From Candidatus Dadabacteria bacterium (GTDB lineage Bacteria; Desulfobacterota_D; UBA1144; Nemesobacterales; Nemesobacteraceae): a DNA stretch of 64,000 nucleotides. The position numbers and the translations under genes were made by a program. Of the stretch, positions 1 through 9,421 are shown in pieces. The notes beneath the pieces are model-generated. The model saw nothing but the letters and a program-made list of their open reading frames with translations, was not told where the DNA came from and did not search any database. Location: positions 393,976-457,975 of the forward strand of contig CATOTB010000001.1 of the NCBI GenBank assembly GCA_951812945.1. Reading direction: 5' to 3'. Positions within the stretch are counted from its first letter, which is position 1. Every line of letters begins with the position of its first letter.

Positions 1-126
1 GACAACGCGAATTTCCTTTACAAGATGGGCAAGGGGGAGATACTCGATTCCCCCGAGGAGATTTCAAGAATAATTGGGCTAGACGGCACTTATTCCGAAA
101 AACATGACCCGCCCTCGACCACATGA
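1..126 (+). CDS. 3' end of an upstream gene of unknown function (partial, enters window mid-gene)
   Basis: Frame 1 is open from position 1 to TGA at 124-126 (DNANFLYKMGKGEILDSPEEISRIIGLDGTYSEKHDPPSTT). No recognisable motif. Confidence 0.2.
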   Translation, partial: DNANFLYKMGKGEILDSPEEISRIIGLDGTYSEKHDPPSTT

Positions 127-278
127 CCCGTCCGCTTCAGGGCCCCTGATCAAACGTATTCATTCGGTTCCATACATACCTGTTTGAGCAAATCTTTCCC
201 CAAATGCGGTAATTGCGTCTCTTTTTGCAAGTTTTTTCTCAACTTCGTGATGTAAGAACCGAAGTTTAAAGGAATATC

Positions 279-306
279 TTGACACTGAGACTCATTTTAC
301 TACAAT
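279..306 (+). promoter_or_regulatory. sigma70-like promoter upstream of the giant adhesin gene (TTGACA-N16-TACAAT)
   Basis: TTGACA at 279-284, a 16-nt spacer, then TACAAT at 301-306, in an AT-rich region upstream of the 475/721 start candidates. Confidence 0.35.
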
Positions 307-474
307 ATGTTGTGTAGGAACAGGCGATTCGACCGAAGTTTCGCCTTAACGGATTAAATCGGAAGGTTTTTTTTGTCTTGGGCATGCGTATATGTGTGCC
401 TAGAGACTTAAATTAAAAAAGAAATTGGGTTGTCTTTTTGATTTCCTGAATTTCTTTATGCAAGACCGGCTAAT

Positions 475-3400
475 ATGGTGGAACATAAGCGGCTTGTCTG
501 TCGGGCGCAATGCCAGCCTGAATCCCTCTCGTCCTCGCATCGGGGTGAGAAAACGGCTGAGCCGACCCCGGACCGGACAAGTTCCCAGATCAAGGTTCTT
601 GGAACCTTATTTTTCCTCTTTTGTCTTAGGGGACTGCGTGCGGTATGCCCCTCATCCCTTTTCACCGTTAGGAAAAGAGTAAACCTGAGAAGCGGAGTCT
701 GCCTGCTGCTGTCGGCATACATGCTGTCGATGTTTCTCTCTCCAACCGCGCATGCCCAAACCCTTGAATTTGCCGCAGATAGCTATAAGGTGACGGATAC
801 CACGGAGAAAATTATTCGGGGCAGGCTTGAATATGATAATGGCCAGGGAGTATGCGATGATTATTTTACAGATGATGACGCAATGGTTGCATGCGCGGAG
901 TTAGGCCATGTACGCAGAGAGGGGAGAGCGCTGCTAGGATTGACTGAATCCGGTAACGACGACTTCCTGCTGGATAATTTAATTTGTGACGGAGATGAAG
1001 ACAGTCTTAGTGAGTGTAGTAAAGCCGGTCGCCCGGGTGATGGGGGAGGAGGAGATGGTGACCACAATTGCAGAGACAGTGAGCATACGGGTGTTGTCTG
1101 TTACACAGAAGTCGTCAAACCGAAAGCACCTGTGCTAAGCGGGGCTCCCGACCCGGAACATGGAGACACGGCAATACTCTCTTGGACTGCTCCAAAAATC
1201 GAATTCACGGGCCACAACATTAATTACATAGAATCCATAGTTGATAACTATGAACTCCAGGTGTCGGAGGATGGCAGTACGGGCTGGACAGATGTTTCTA
1301 CCGGTATTCGATCTATAAGAAGAGATTTTCGTCATAGCGGTCTTTCCTCCGGAACGTGGCATTACAGGATCAGAGCTGTTAACACTGTGGGCAATGGTCC
1401 GTATTCGAACGTGGCCGAAGTTACTCTTGGAGGGAATGGGAGGCCCGTATTTTCCGAAGGAACTCCTGCTACGCGTTCTGTACCAGAGAACACCGTTGCA
1501 GGAGAAAACATTGGTGGCCCGGTTGCGGCTACGGGTTCAGAGAGCTACTTGCTTGGTGGCGCGGATGAGAACTCGTTTGATATTGATGGAACTACGGGGC
1601 AGCTGAAGACAAAGGCGGCACTTGACTATGAGGACAAGAACTCTTATTCGGTTACGGTTACCGCCCAGCATAATGGGAGTGCGACATCAATAAATGTGAC
1701 AATTTCAGTAACCAACGTGGATGAACCTGGGACGGTGACTTTGTCTGCTTCGGAACCGCGGGTAACTATGGAGGTAACCGCAACTTTGGAAGACCCTGAT
1801 GGTTCCACGACAAACGTCACGTGGGAGTGGCATAGGTCAACTGACAAAAACAGCTGGACCTTGATCAGTGGCGAAACAACCGCTAGCTACACGCCGGATG
1901 TAGACGACGAGCTGCATTACCTGCGGGCCACGGCCTCATATACGGATCCAGAAGGTTCAGGAAAAAGTGCTGAGGGGATTTCAGAAAACGTGGTGCCGGA
2001 TGAGAACTGGCCGCCCGAGTTCTCCGGTGAAACTGCTACGCGTTCTGTGGCCGAGAACACCGATGCCGGAGAAAACATCGGAGATCCTTTTACGGCTACG
2101 GAACCGGAGAGAGATACGCTTACCTATTCGCTTGGAGGTACGGACGCGGCTTCGTTTACTGTTGAAACTATTGACAATTCCGATGATACCTATTCCGGGC
2201 AGATAAAAATCAAGGATTCGCTTAACTATGAGCACAAGAATTCTTACTCGGTTGATGTTATCGCTGAGGATTCTTTAGGTGCGGGCGACACTATCAAGGT
2301 GACCATCAACGTGACTGATGTGGATGAAGACGGAAAGGTAACCCTGTCCCCTGTGCAGCCTCAGGTAGATACGGCGTCGACCGCGACTTTGGAAGATCCA
2401 GATGTTCCCGTATCGAGTGTCACGTGGAAGTGGTATAAGTCATCTAGTCGGAACAACAGCTGGAGTCTCATCAGCGGTGCTACGAGTGCCAGCTACACGC
2501 CGGTTGCGGGCGACGTGAGTAATTACCTGCGGGCAACGGCGACCTACACAGATCGGCACGGTTCCGGTAAAACCGCACATGGAATTTCTGACCTCGTGGT
2601 GCGCGTGGCACCGGTGACAAACAACTCACCCGAATTTCTTTCTAATACACAAAACACCTTTTCCGTGACCGAGAATACCCCTGCTGGAGAAGATGTTGGA
2701 GAGGTCACAGCTACGGATTCGGATACCGGAGATGTGCTTACTTATTCGCTTGGCGGTACGGACGGGACTTCGTTTCAACTTGAAGACCAGACTTCCGGGC
2801 AGATAGAGACCTATGCGGCACTTGACTATGAAATCAAAAATTCTTACTCGGTCGTAGTTACGGCCAAGGATCCGTCCAATGCAAGCGACACTATTACGGT
2901 GACTATTAACGTAATCGATGTGGATGAAGACGGAAAAGTAACTCTGTCTCCTTCCCAGCCGCGTGTGCGCAATGCGGTGAGAGCTAGGCTTACAGAACCC
3001 GACGGCGGTCTCTCTAATCTCAACTGAGAGTGGCATAGATCACTCGACAAGAGCGACGGCAGCTGGAGCCCGATCAGTGGAGAAACAAGCGATCGTTACA
3101 CGCCTGTTGCGGACGATGTTGGTTATTACCTGCAGGCGACTGCGTCTTATGACGACAAGCACGGTACCGGAAAGGAAGTACAGGCGGTTTCCGCCAATCC
3201 GGTGCGTGTGGTGGGATCTACGACGACGAACAGTAGGGATACAAGGTCCACACCGACGATGGTGGTTCCGAGCGCGCCCCGGGATTTAACGGCGACGGGC
3301 GGCGACGGCGAGGTAACGCTTAGCTGGAGGGTACCGGATGACGGCGGTAGCCCCATCAAGTACTACGAATACAAGGTTGATAACGGTGCTTGGACTTCGA

Positions 3401-5655
3401 CCGGAGGAAAATCCACTACTTACACTGTTACGGGGCTTACCAATGGGCAGACTTACAGATTCGAGGTACGTGCGGTAAACAGCATCGGTCCCGGCGCCGA
3501 ATCTGCCCCGGTAAGCGCTACGCCCGCCGCAGTGCCGGGTGCGCCCCGGAATCTGAGGGGAGTGCGTGGCAATGCCGAGGTAACGCTTAACTGGGATGTG
3601 CCGGATAATGGGGGAGGTGCAATTGAGCGCTACGAATATAAGGTTGATAACGGTGCGTGGGACTCAACAGGAGGAAAATCCACCACTTATACAGTCACTG
3701 GGCTTGCCAGTGGGCAGACTTACGAATTCAGGGTACGTGCGGTAAACAGCATCGGTCCCGGCGCCGAATCTCAGCCCGAAAGCATTGCGCCCGCCACAGT
3801 GCCGGGCGCACCCCGGAATCTTACCCTAACATCGGGTGATCAATATATGATGCTCATATGGGAGCGACCAGCGGATAACGGCGGTCTTCCGATCACCGGC
3901 TACGAGTACAGCCAGAAGGAAGAGGATGGGTCCTTTGGCAGTTGGATCCCCATAGATGAAAGCGGTCCTAGGGAAACGAACGAAACCAGCTATACGGTCA
4001 CGGGCCTTAAAAACGGTACCATTTACTCCTTCCGGGTGCGCGCGGTGAACGAAGTGGGTCCGGGAGATCCTTCAGCCGAAGCCACGGCCGAGGTGAATAC
4101 TCCCTCTTTCCGGCGCGCAAGGCGCGCGAGCCTGAACATCCTTCCGACATTCGGGCGGACCATGCTCAGGAACTCTGTTGACGCACTTACCTGGCGTCTT
4201 GACAGCGCGCTTTCAGGATCATACACGCGGACGGGAATGTTCAGGCTTATGGATCAGCACGCGGGCCTTCACGAAGTCATCGGAGATGACATATGGGATG
4301 ATCCGGACCAGTGGGAAGAGCTAAGCCTCGAAGAACTGCTTTACGGGTCTTCCTTCATAATAGAAGCCGGTGTGATGCTCAAAAAACCGAAGGAGAACCC
4401 TAAAGAAGCTCCGAAGGAACACAAAAGATATACAGAAGAATACTCGGGGGAACAGATAAGAGAGTATCCGGAGGAAGATTCCGCGGATAAGAACATGTGG
4501 ATTGAAGAGGATGAAAAACCCATGATCGTCGAGAGAAGAGGCGATATCGGATTCTGGGGCAAGGCGGACTACAATAATCTTTCGGTCTCAAGCGACGAAT
4601 GGTTTGCGTGGGACGGGCGGATTGTGAGCGGTTACATGGGAGTTGACAGGTGGCTTAACGAGAAGGTGCTTACGGGATTTTCCGTGTCCTTGACGAAGGG
4701 GAATTTCGATTATACGGACACGACGCCTGGAGAAGGGGGAAGGGGTGATTACTACGTCAAGATGCTGAGCGTGTCACCGTATGTCTCCTGGTTCCTGTCC
4801 GAGGATGCTTACCTTTGGGGCTCGGTTGGCTACGGCCGCGGGCAGGTAGACATAGACGACGAAGAGGTGCAGAGCGTCGCCACAAGCGACCTGAGCTACA
4901 AGTCGGTGGCAGCTGGAGGAAGAGGCAGGGTGTTTGACGTGGGAGACACGACTTTTGCTCTTAAGAGCGAAGCGTTTAAGGTGTGGATGGACGTGGAAGG
5001 CGACGACTACCTGATCGACGAGATGTCGATAGGGGTGCACCAGTTGCGCCTCAGCATGGAGGGAAGCTACGAGTACCGCTTCGCGTCCGGAACCTGGTTC
5101 AATCCTCTGGTCGAGGTAGCGCTTCGCCACGATGGCGGAGACGGGGAGACGGGCACAGGGGTCGAAATAGGAGGAGGATTCCTCTATGAGAACCCGAACC
5201 TGGGTCTCAGCATCTCGGGCAGGGGGCGCTGGCTTGCGGCGCACAGCTCGGATGAGTTCAGCCAGTGGGGAGTGGGAGGAGCCGTGATCTTCGATACGGG
5301 AGGGGACAAGCGGGGGGCGCTGTTCAGCGTGGCGCCTGAATGGGGAGACACCTCAAGCGGCGTTGACGGTCTCTGGGAGCGAGGAGTGGAAGGACTGTCC
5401 TCAGAGGATGACGGGCGCAATGACATGCATCTTGACGCTGAGTTCGGATACGGACTCGCGGCTCTCGGTGGAGACGGGCTCTTTACGCCTTACAGCGGTC
5501 TCAGGCTCGGTGGGGACGGGCGGCGGCACTACAGGCTCGGCAGCCGTCTTGATCTCGGGCGCTCGGCAAGCTTTAATCTTGAGACCCAGCGCAGGCAGAG
5601 CGACGCCGCGAAACCCGAGCATGGAATCATGCTTAGAGGAAAGCTTAATTTCTGA
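475..5655 (+). CDS. Giant autotransporter-like surface adhesin: signal peptide, SRCR domain, FN3, 3x (cadherin + Ig-like) units, 3x FN3, acidic linker, C-terminal outer-membrane beta-barrel. The frame is interrupted by one in-frame TGA at 3025-3027, so it may be a pseudogene, a sequencing error or a readthrough site.
   Basis: Six-frame ORFs 475..3027 and 3202..5655 are in the same frame, and 3028..3201 has no stops. The signal-like segment is VCLLLSAYMLSMFLSPTAHA-QT; the SRCR motifs are VCDD..DA.V.C..LG...SLSEC...HNC...GVVCY. The cadherin repeats show LDYE.KNSYSV.V.A...INVT..NVDE. The C-terminus ends ...MLRGKLNF. The true start (ATG 475 vs ATG 721) is uncertain. Confidence 0.7.
808..1107 (+). 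other. SRCR (scavenger receptor cysteine-rich) domain within the adhesin
   Basis: IIRGRLEYDNGQGVCDDYFTDDDAMVACAELGHV...LLDNLICDGDEDSLSECSKAG...GDHNCRDSEHTGVVCYT aligns block-for-block with the group A SRCR consensus (RLVGG..G.VCDD.W...DA.VVCRQLGCG...LD.V.C.G.E.SL..C...HNC.H.EDAGV.C). Confidence 0.7.
1438..3200 (+). repeat. Three tandem ~580-bp coding units, each a cadherin-like domain plus a beta-sandwich 'VTWEWH...YLRATA.YTD..G.GK' domain
   Basis: Protein-level repeats: ...PVFSEGTPATRSVPENT.AGENIG...LDYE.KNSYSV...NVT..NVDE.G.VTLS...LEDPD......W.W..S.....W..ISG.T.ASYTP...D...YLRATA.YTD..G.GK. Confidence 0.75.
3265..3805 (+). repeat. Near-identical tandem duplication of a ~270-bp FN3-encoding unit
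   Basis: VPSAPRDLTATGGDGEVTLSWRVPDDGGSPIKYYEYKVDNGAWTSTGGKSTTYTVTGLTNGQTYRFEVRAVNSIGPGAES is repeated almost verbatim, with long identical DNA stretches. The out-of-frame ORFs 3390..3590 and 3657..3839 are mirror artefacts of it. Confidence 0.8.
4534..5655 (+). other. C-terminal autotransporter-type translocator (outer-membrane beta-barrel) region of the adhesin
   Basis: Alternating amphipathic beta-strand pattern, Gly/Asp-rich loops and a terminal aromatic (…RGKLNF-stop), preceded by an acidic linker (EEYSGEQIREYPEEDSADKNMWIEEDEKP). Confidence 0.55.
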
Positions 5656-5746
5656 TCGGTTTTTCGGACGGGGTTTGGAATGTCGGCCGGTTCCCTTTTT
5701 CGCCAGATGAATTCTCAGGCAGGAATCTGCGTTTCTACGAAAACTG

Positions 5747-7594
5747 CTACAGCCAGTCGTCTTCAAGCGTATCGGCAGGGCGTTGGTGGAAGGCCCCGGT
5801 GTCCAGGCTGTTTTTAAACCCGCGGAACTTAAGCAGACCCGAGATCGCGGGTTTTATCTGGCTTCTTTCAACCACCAGGTGAACCCCGCCGTGTTCCTCG
5901 TAGAACTCAGAGGACATTATTTTCGGGTCGACCCCGCGGCCACCGCTTGTGAGCTTCACGACGCGGTCCCCGGCGAAAGCTATGGTCGCTTTTTTCTCCG
6001 CTATCAGGAAGTCTCCCTGCACCGCGTAACTTGCAAGTGCCCCTCCTGTTGTCGGGTGGCCGAGTATGGAGATGTTCGGAAGCCCATGTTCCTTGAGTCT
6101 CATGATTGCGGCTATGGTTTTCGCCATCTGATAGAGCGCCACGGTTCCTTCCTGCATCCGTGCGCCTCCGCTTACCGTTACGGTTAACAGGGGAAGCCTG
6201 TGCTCTATGGCGTAACTTATCACTATGTTCATTTTCTCGCCGAAAACGGAACTCATTGATCCGCCCATGAACCGGAAGTCACAGACCGCCACCGCGACGG
6301 GTATGCCGAACATGGTTCCATAGCCTGTTACCAGGGAATCTTTCGAGTCGGTTTTCCCGGCGAGCTTCTGTCTGGAAGACGAGTAGTTGAAGAATTTGTA
6401 AACAGGGTCTACGTCCTCAAGCGAAAGGCCGGATTCTATTTCGTGGAAAGAGGCCTCGTCCAGGAGAAAGTCCAGATAGTCATCGGAACTCAGCGCTTCG
6501 GGACGGTTGCAGTAAGGACACGAGGAGTGGTTCGCGTGGAGCTCTTTTTTCGTGAGCTGCGTTTTGCAGCCGGGGCGTATGATTTTCCCCTGGCCATCCT
6601 TTTCGTCGTTGCAGAAATGAGGTTCCGATCCGTAGATGGCTATCTGCATTTCGGAGATATCCGGATTCTCTTTTTTTCCGCTGAAGTAGTAGGGAAGCCA
6701 GGCCTTTATTTTCTTCGAGATTCCCTCGTACATCCTGCGCTGCTTTTTTATTCGTCCGCAGCGCTCGATTTTCCTTCGCAGTTCCTCTCGCAGGTGCCTT
6801 ACGTCGTAGCGGTCAAGCTCTTTCGATGCGGCGGTGAGGGATGCCTGCAGGTTCTTGAGGGTCGAGGGGATGTAGTTGCTTTTTCCAAGAGGGGCCTCTT
6901 TTACCACTTCGTCTATTATTCCGTATTTCTTCATGTGATTTGCCGTGGGCTGCAGCACCTCGAGGGCTTCTGCGACCTTGTCCGCGCTTCTGAAAAGAAT
7001 GGCGGAGCACCCCTCGGCTGTTATCACGGAATATTCGGCACGCGAGAGCATCAGCCTTTTGTGTCCGAGCTGTATCGCGATCGCACCCCCGCTTCCCCCG
7101 AGTCCGAGCACGGTGGTTATCGTTTTCGTTCTTATGGAAATCATCTTTGACTGGCAGTAGGAAATAAGCCAGGACTGGAGTTTTTCGGCCGAGTACTCGT
7201 AGGGGTCTCCGCCGACGGTATCGATGAACGTGAAGAGCTTGAGACGATTCTGCTCGGCGTATTCCATCATGCACAGAGAAAGCCCGTAACCGTCGGCCTT
7301 CACCATTCCGTAGTTAAGCTTCGTCCTTTCCTTTTCGCTCGAAGGGGTCTGCTGGGCTATTACGGCCACTTCTTCTCCGGTGCCCTTGAACACAGCGGTG
7401 CCTACTATGACGGCGGGGTCGTTAACAAACTCAATCTTCTTGCCCGAGGGGGCGTGGAGAAAGTTCCTGAACCCGTAGAGCTTGTTCCATGGAGTAAAGT
7501 CGGTAAAGAGGGTTCCGATCAGGTGCTTTGACTTTATCCTGTCAAAGCTCTTTGCTTCCTCGTGGGCCTGAAGTGTTTTTGCCGTTGATGCCAT
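5747..7594 (-). CDS. Acetyl-CoA carboxylase carboxyltransferase, fused alpha (AccA, N-terminal) and beta (AccD, C-terminal) subunits
   Basis: The N-terminal half matches AccA (FIDTVGGDPYEYSAEK...GLGGSGGAIAIQLGHKRLMLSRAEYSVITAEGCSAILF). The C-terminal half has the AccD zinc ribbon (CNDEK..C...CPYCN) and FMGGSMSSVFGEK...SGGARMQEG. Confidence 0.85.
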   Translation of the reverse strand: MASTAKTLQAHEEAKSFDRIKSKHLIGTLFTDFTPWNKLYGFRNFLHAPSGKKIEFVNDPAVIVGTAVFKGTGEEVAVIAQQTPSSEKERTKLNYGMVKADGYGLSLCMMEYAEQNRLKLFTFIDTVGGDPYEYSAEKLQSWLISYCQSKMISIRTKTITTVLGLGGSGGAIAIQLGHKRLMLSRAEYSVITAEGCSAILFRSADKVAEALEVLQPTANHMKKYGIIDEVVKEAPLGKSNYIPSTLKNLQASLTAASKELDRYDVRHLREELRRKIERCGRIKKQRRMYEGISKKIKAWLPYYFSGKKENPDISEMQIAIYGSEPHFCNDEKDGQGKIIRPGCKTQLTKKELHANHSSCPYCNRPEALSSDDYLDFLLDEASFHEIESGLSLEDVDPVYKFFNYSSSRQKLAGKTDSKDSLVTGYGTMFGIPVAVAVCDFRFMGGSMSSVFGEKMNIVISYAIEHRLPLLTVTVSGGARMQEGTVALYQMAKTIAAIMRLKEHGLPNISILGHPTTGGALASYAVQGDFLIAEKKATIAFAGDRVVKLTSGGRGVDPKIMSSEFYEEHGGVHLVVERSQIKPAISGLLKFRGFKNSLDTGAFHQRPADTLEDDWL

Positions 7595-7778
7595 GGTATG
7601 TTCTGCGGTAACCGCTTAGCGAATCCGCTAAATATAATTATATAATCAAATCCGTTTGTGCGAAAAGGAATCCATTTTCCCGGCCTACCAGCGTTTAATA
7701 AAACCTCCGTGCGAAGATTCGCCACGGGGCTTGGCAAAGGTTTTGTTGGGAAAAGTCTGAATGTTGTGGATTCTTTTT

Positions 7779-8102
7779 CTATGCGGTGAAAGACTGTCCG
7801 CAGCCGCAGGAACCGGTCGCGTTCGGATTTTCGATCGCAAAGCCCGTTCCGTTAAGACCGTCCTTGAAGTCCAGAACCGCTCCGTCGAGATAGGTATAGC
7901 TGATCTCGTCAATGGCGACTTTAATACCTCCGGATTCAACCATGTTGTCTCCTTCGTCGGTTTCGTCGTCAAATCCCATCTCGTAAGAAAACCCGGAACA
8001 GCCGCCGGGTATTATCCTCACTCGAAGAAACGCGTCCTCAATGTCATCTTCGGCAAGAAGCCTTTTTATTTCATCTACGGCTTTGGGAGTTACGGAAAAC
8101 AT
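7779..8102 (-). CDS. erpA: Iron-sulfur cluster A-type carrier / insertion protein (ErpA/IscA/HesB family)
   Basis: 107 aa with GGCSGFSYEMGF and the C-terminal SCGCGQSF cysteine motif. Confidence 0.8.
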   Translation of the reverse strand: MFSVTPKAVDEIKRLLAEDDIEDAFLRVRIIPGGCSGFSYEMGFDDETDEGDNMVESGGIKVAIDEISYTYLDGAVLDFKDGLNGTGFAIENPNATGSCGCGQSFTA

Positions 8103-8270
8103 ATTTCCTCTGCCTCCTCGCAGTGTAAATTTCTTTTACCACTCCGCTTAACAAGATACATCTGCCGGAAACAATTGTCAAAGCAGGACCGTGGGGCGGA
8201 CCGCTTGTGCGGCGATGGCACATCTTCCCCGGTTTGCCCGCCCGCCCCGGTTTGCTGTATAGTTTTCGGC

Positions 8271-9401
8271 GTGAGCAGAACTGCCTACCTTATAATCGAT
8301 TCAAGCGAGCGCAATTCCGACCTTTATCACAGAACCGGTTTTTTCGTTCCAGACCCCGTCATTTTTTTCGAGCACGACGGTGAAGGAACACTGGTTCTCA
8401 GCGATCTTGAACTTGAGCGGGGAAAAAAAGAGGCAAAGGTAGAGCGGGTCGTCTCGCTCGGGGAATGCATTGCCAGGATTCGCGGCGGCAAAAGAAAGAG
8501 GCCCGGTATTGCCGAGGTGGCGACAGTCCTTCTCAGGGAAAGGGGAATAAGAAGCCTGATTGTCCAGAGGCACTTTCCGGTTTTCTATGCTGACGCGCTT
8601 CGGGGAGCGGGTTTTTTCGTCCGCAACGCGAAGACAGATTTTCTTTTTCCCGGGCGTCTCAGGAAATCCCCGGCGGAAGTTTCACTCATAAAGAAGGCGC
8701 TTTCCGCTACGGCGTGGGCCATGAGAATCGCTGTTTCAATTATATCGGATTCAGTGGTGAAGGGTTCCGTGCTTTATCGTGACGGCAAGCCTCTTACCTC
8801 CGAGATAGTGCGTTCCGCCGTAAGCTCCTATCTTGCCGCACGGGGATACTTGGCTTCGAACACCATAGTGGCGGGAGGGGTTCAGGGCTCCATGCCCCAC
8901 GAGAAGGGCTCAGGTCCTCTTAAGGCCGGATGGCCGGTGGTGATCGACATTTTCCCTAGATCCCAGGAGAACGGCTATTTCGGCGACATGACGAGGACGG
9001 TTGTTAAGGGTGAGCCTTCGGCGGAACTTTCAAGGATGTACGATACCGTTTTGCGCGGTCAGAAAATCGCGCTTTCCATGATAAAGGACGGCGTGAGATC
9101 AAAAGACGTGCACGGCGCGGTAATGGATTTCTTCACGGAACGGGGGTTTCAGACCACGGCTTCGGGCTCCGGAAGCCCCGAGGGGTTCATACATTCCACT
9201 GGGCACGGCCTGGGGCTTGACATACACGAGCCGCCGAGGATCAGTCCCGGAAAGGAGATCCTCAGGGAAGGAAATGTCGTGACAGTCGAACCCGGTCTTT
9301 ACTACAAGCGCTTGGGGGGAGTGAGGATAGAGGACGTGGTTCTGGTCACCCGGGACGGAAACGAAAACCTTACCTGGTGTTCCAAGAGGTTTCGGGTCTG
9401 A
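8271..9401 (+). CDS. M24 family Xaa-Pro aminopeptidase / prolidase-like metallopeptidase
   Basis: Pita-bread fold motifs: HSTGHGLGLDIHEPPRISPG and VVTVEPGLYY...GVRIEDVVLVT. The annotated ORF 7761..9401 is over-extended and overlaps erpA on the opposite strand; GTG 8271 is the first plausible start. Confidence 0.75.
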   Translation: MSRTAYLIIDSSERNSDLYHRTGFFVPDPVIFFEHDGEGTLVLSDLELERGKKEAKVERVVSLGECIARIRGGKRKRPGIAEVATVLLRERGIRSLIVQRHFPVFYADALRGAGFFVRNAKTDFLFPGRLRKSPAEVSLIKKALSATAWAMRIAVSIISDSVVKGSVLYRDGKPLTSEIVRSAVSSYLAARGYLASNTIVAGGVQGSMPHEKGSGPLKAGWPVVIDIFPRSQENGYFGDMTRTVVKGEPSAELSRMYDTVLRGQKIALSMIKDGVRSKDVHGAVMDFFTERGFQTTASGSGSPEGFIHSTGHGLGLDIHEPPRISPGKEILREGNVVTVEPGLYYKRLGGVRIEDVVLVTRDGNENLTWCSKRFRV

Positions 9402-9421
9402 GCCGCGCCAGGGGAGTATTG

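Noticed and set aside
425-722. Small overlapping ORFs 425..682 (+) and 456..722 (-)
   Set aside because: They lie within the leader or N-terminal region of the adhesin gene, have no RBS or motifs, and show low-complexity translations.
3390-3839. Two near-identical small ORFs (3390..3590, 3657..3839) translating to ...RRKIHYLHCYGAYQWADLQIRGTCGKQHRSRRRI...
   Set aside because: They are out-of-frame read-throughs of the duplicated FN3 DNA repeat inside the adhesin gene, so they are frame artefacts and not genes.
7761-8270. N-terminal ~170 codons of annotated ORF 7761..9401
   Set aside because: This part overlaps the well-supported erpA/iscA gene on the opposite strand. The M24 peptidase homology only begins near 8271, so the ORF is over-extended.
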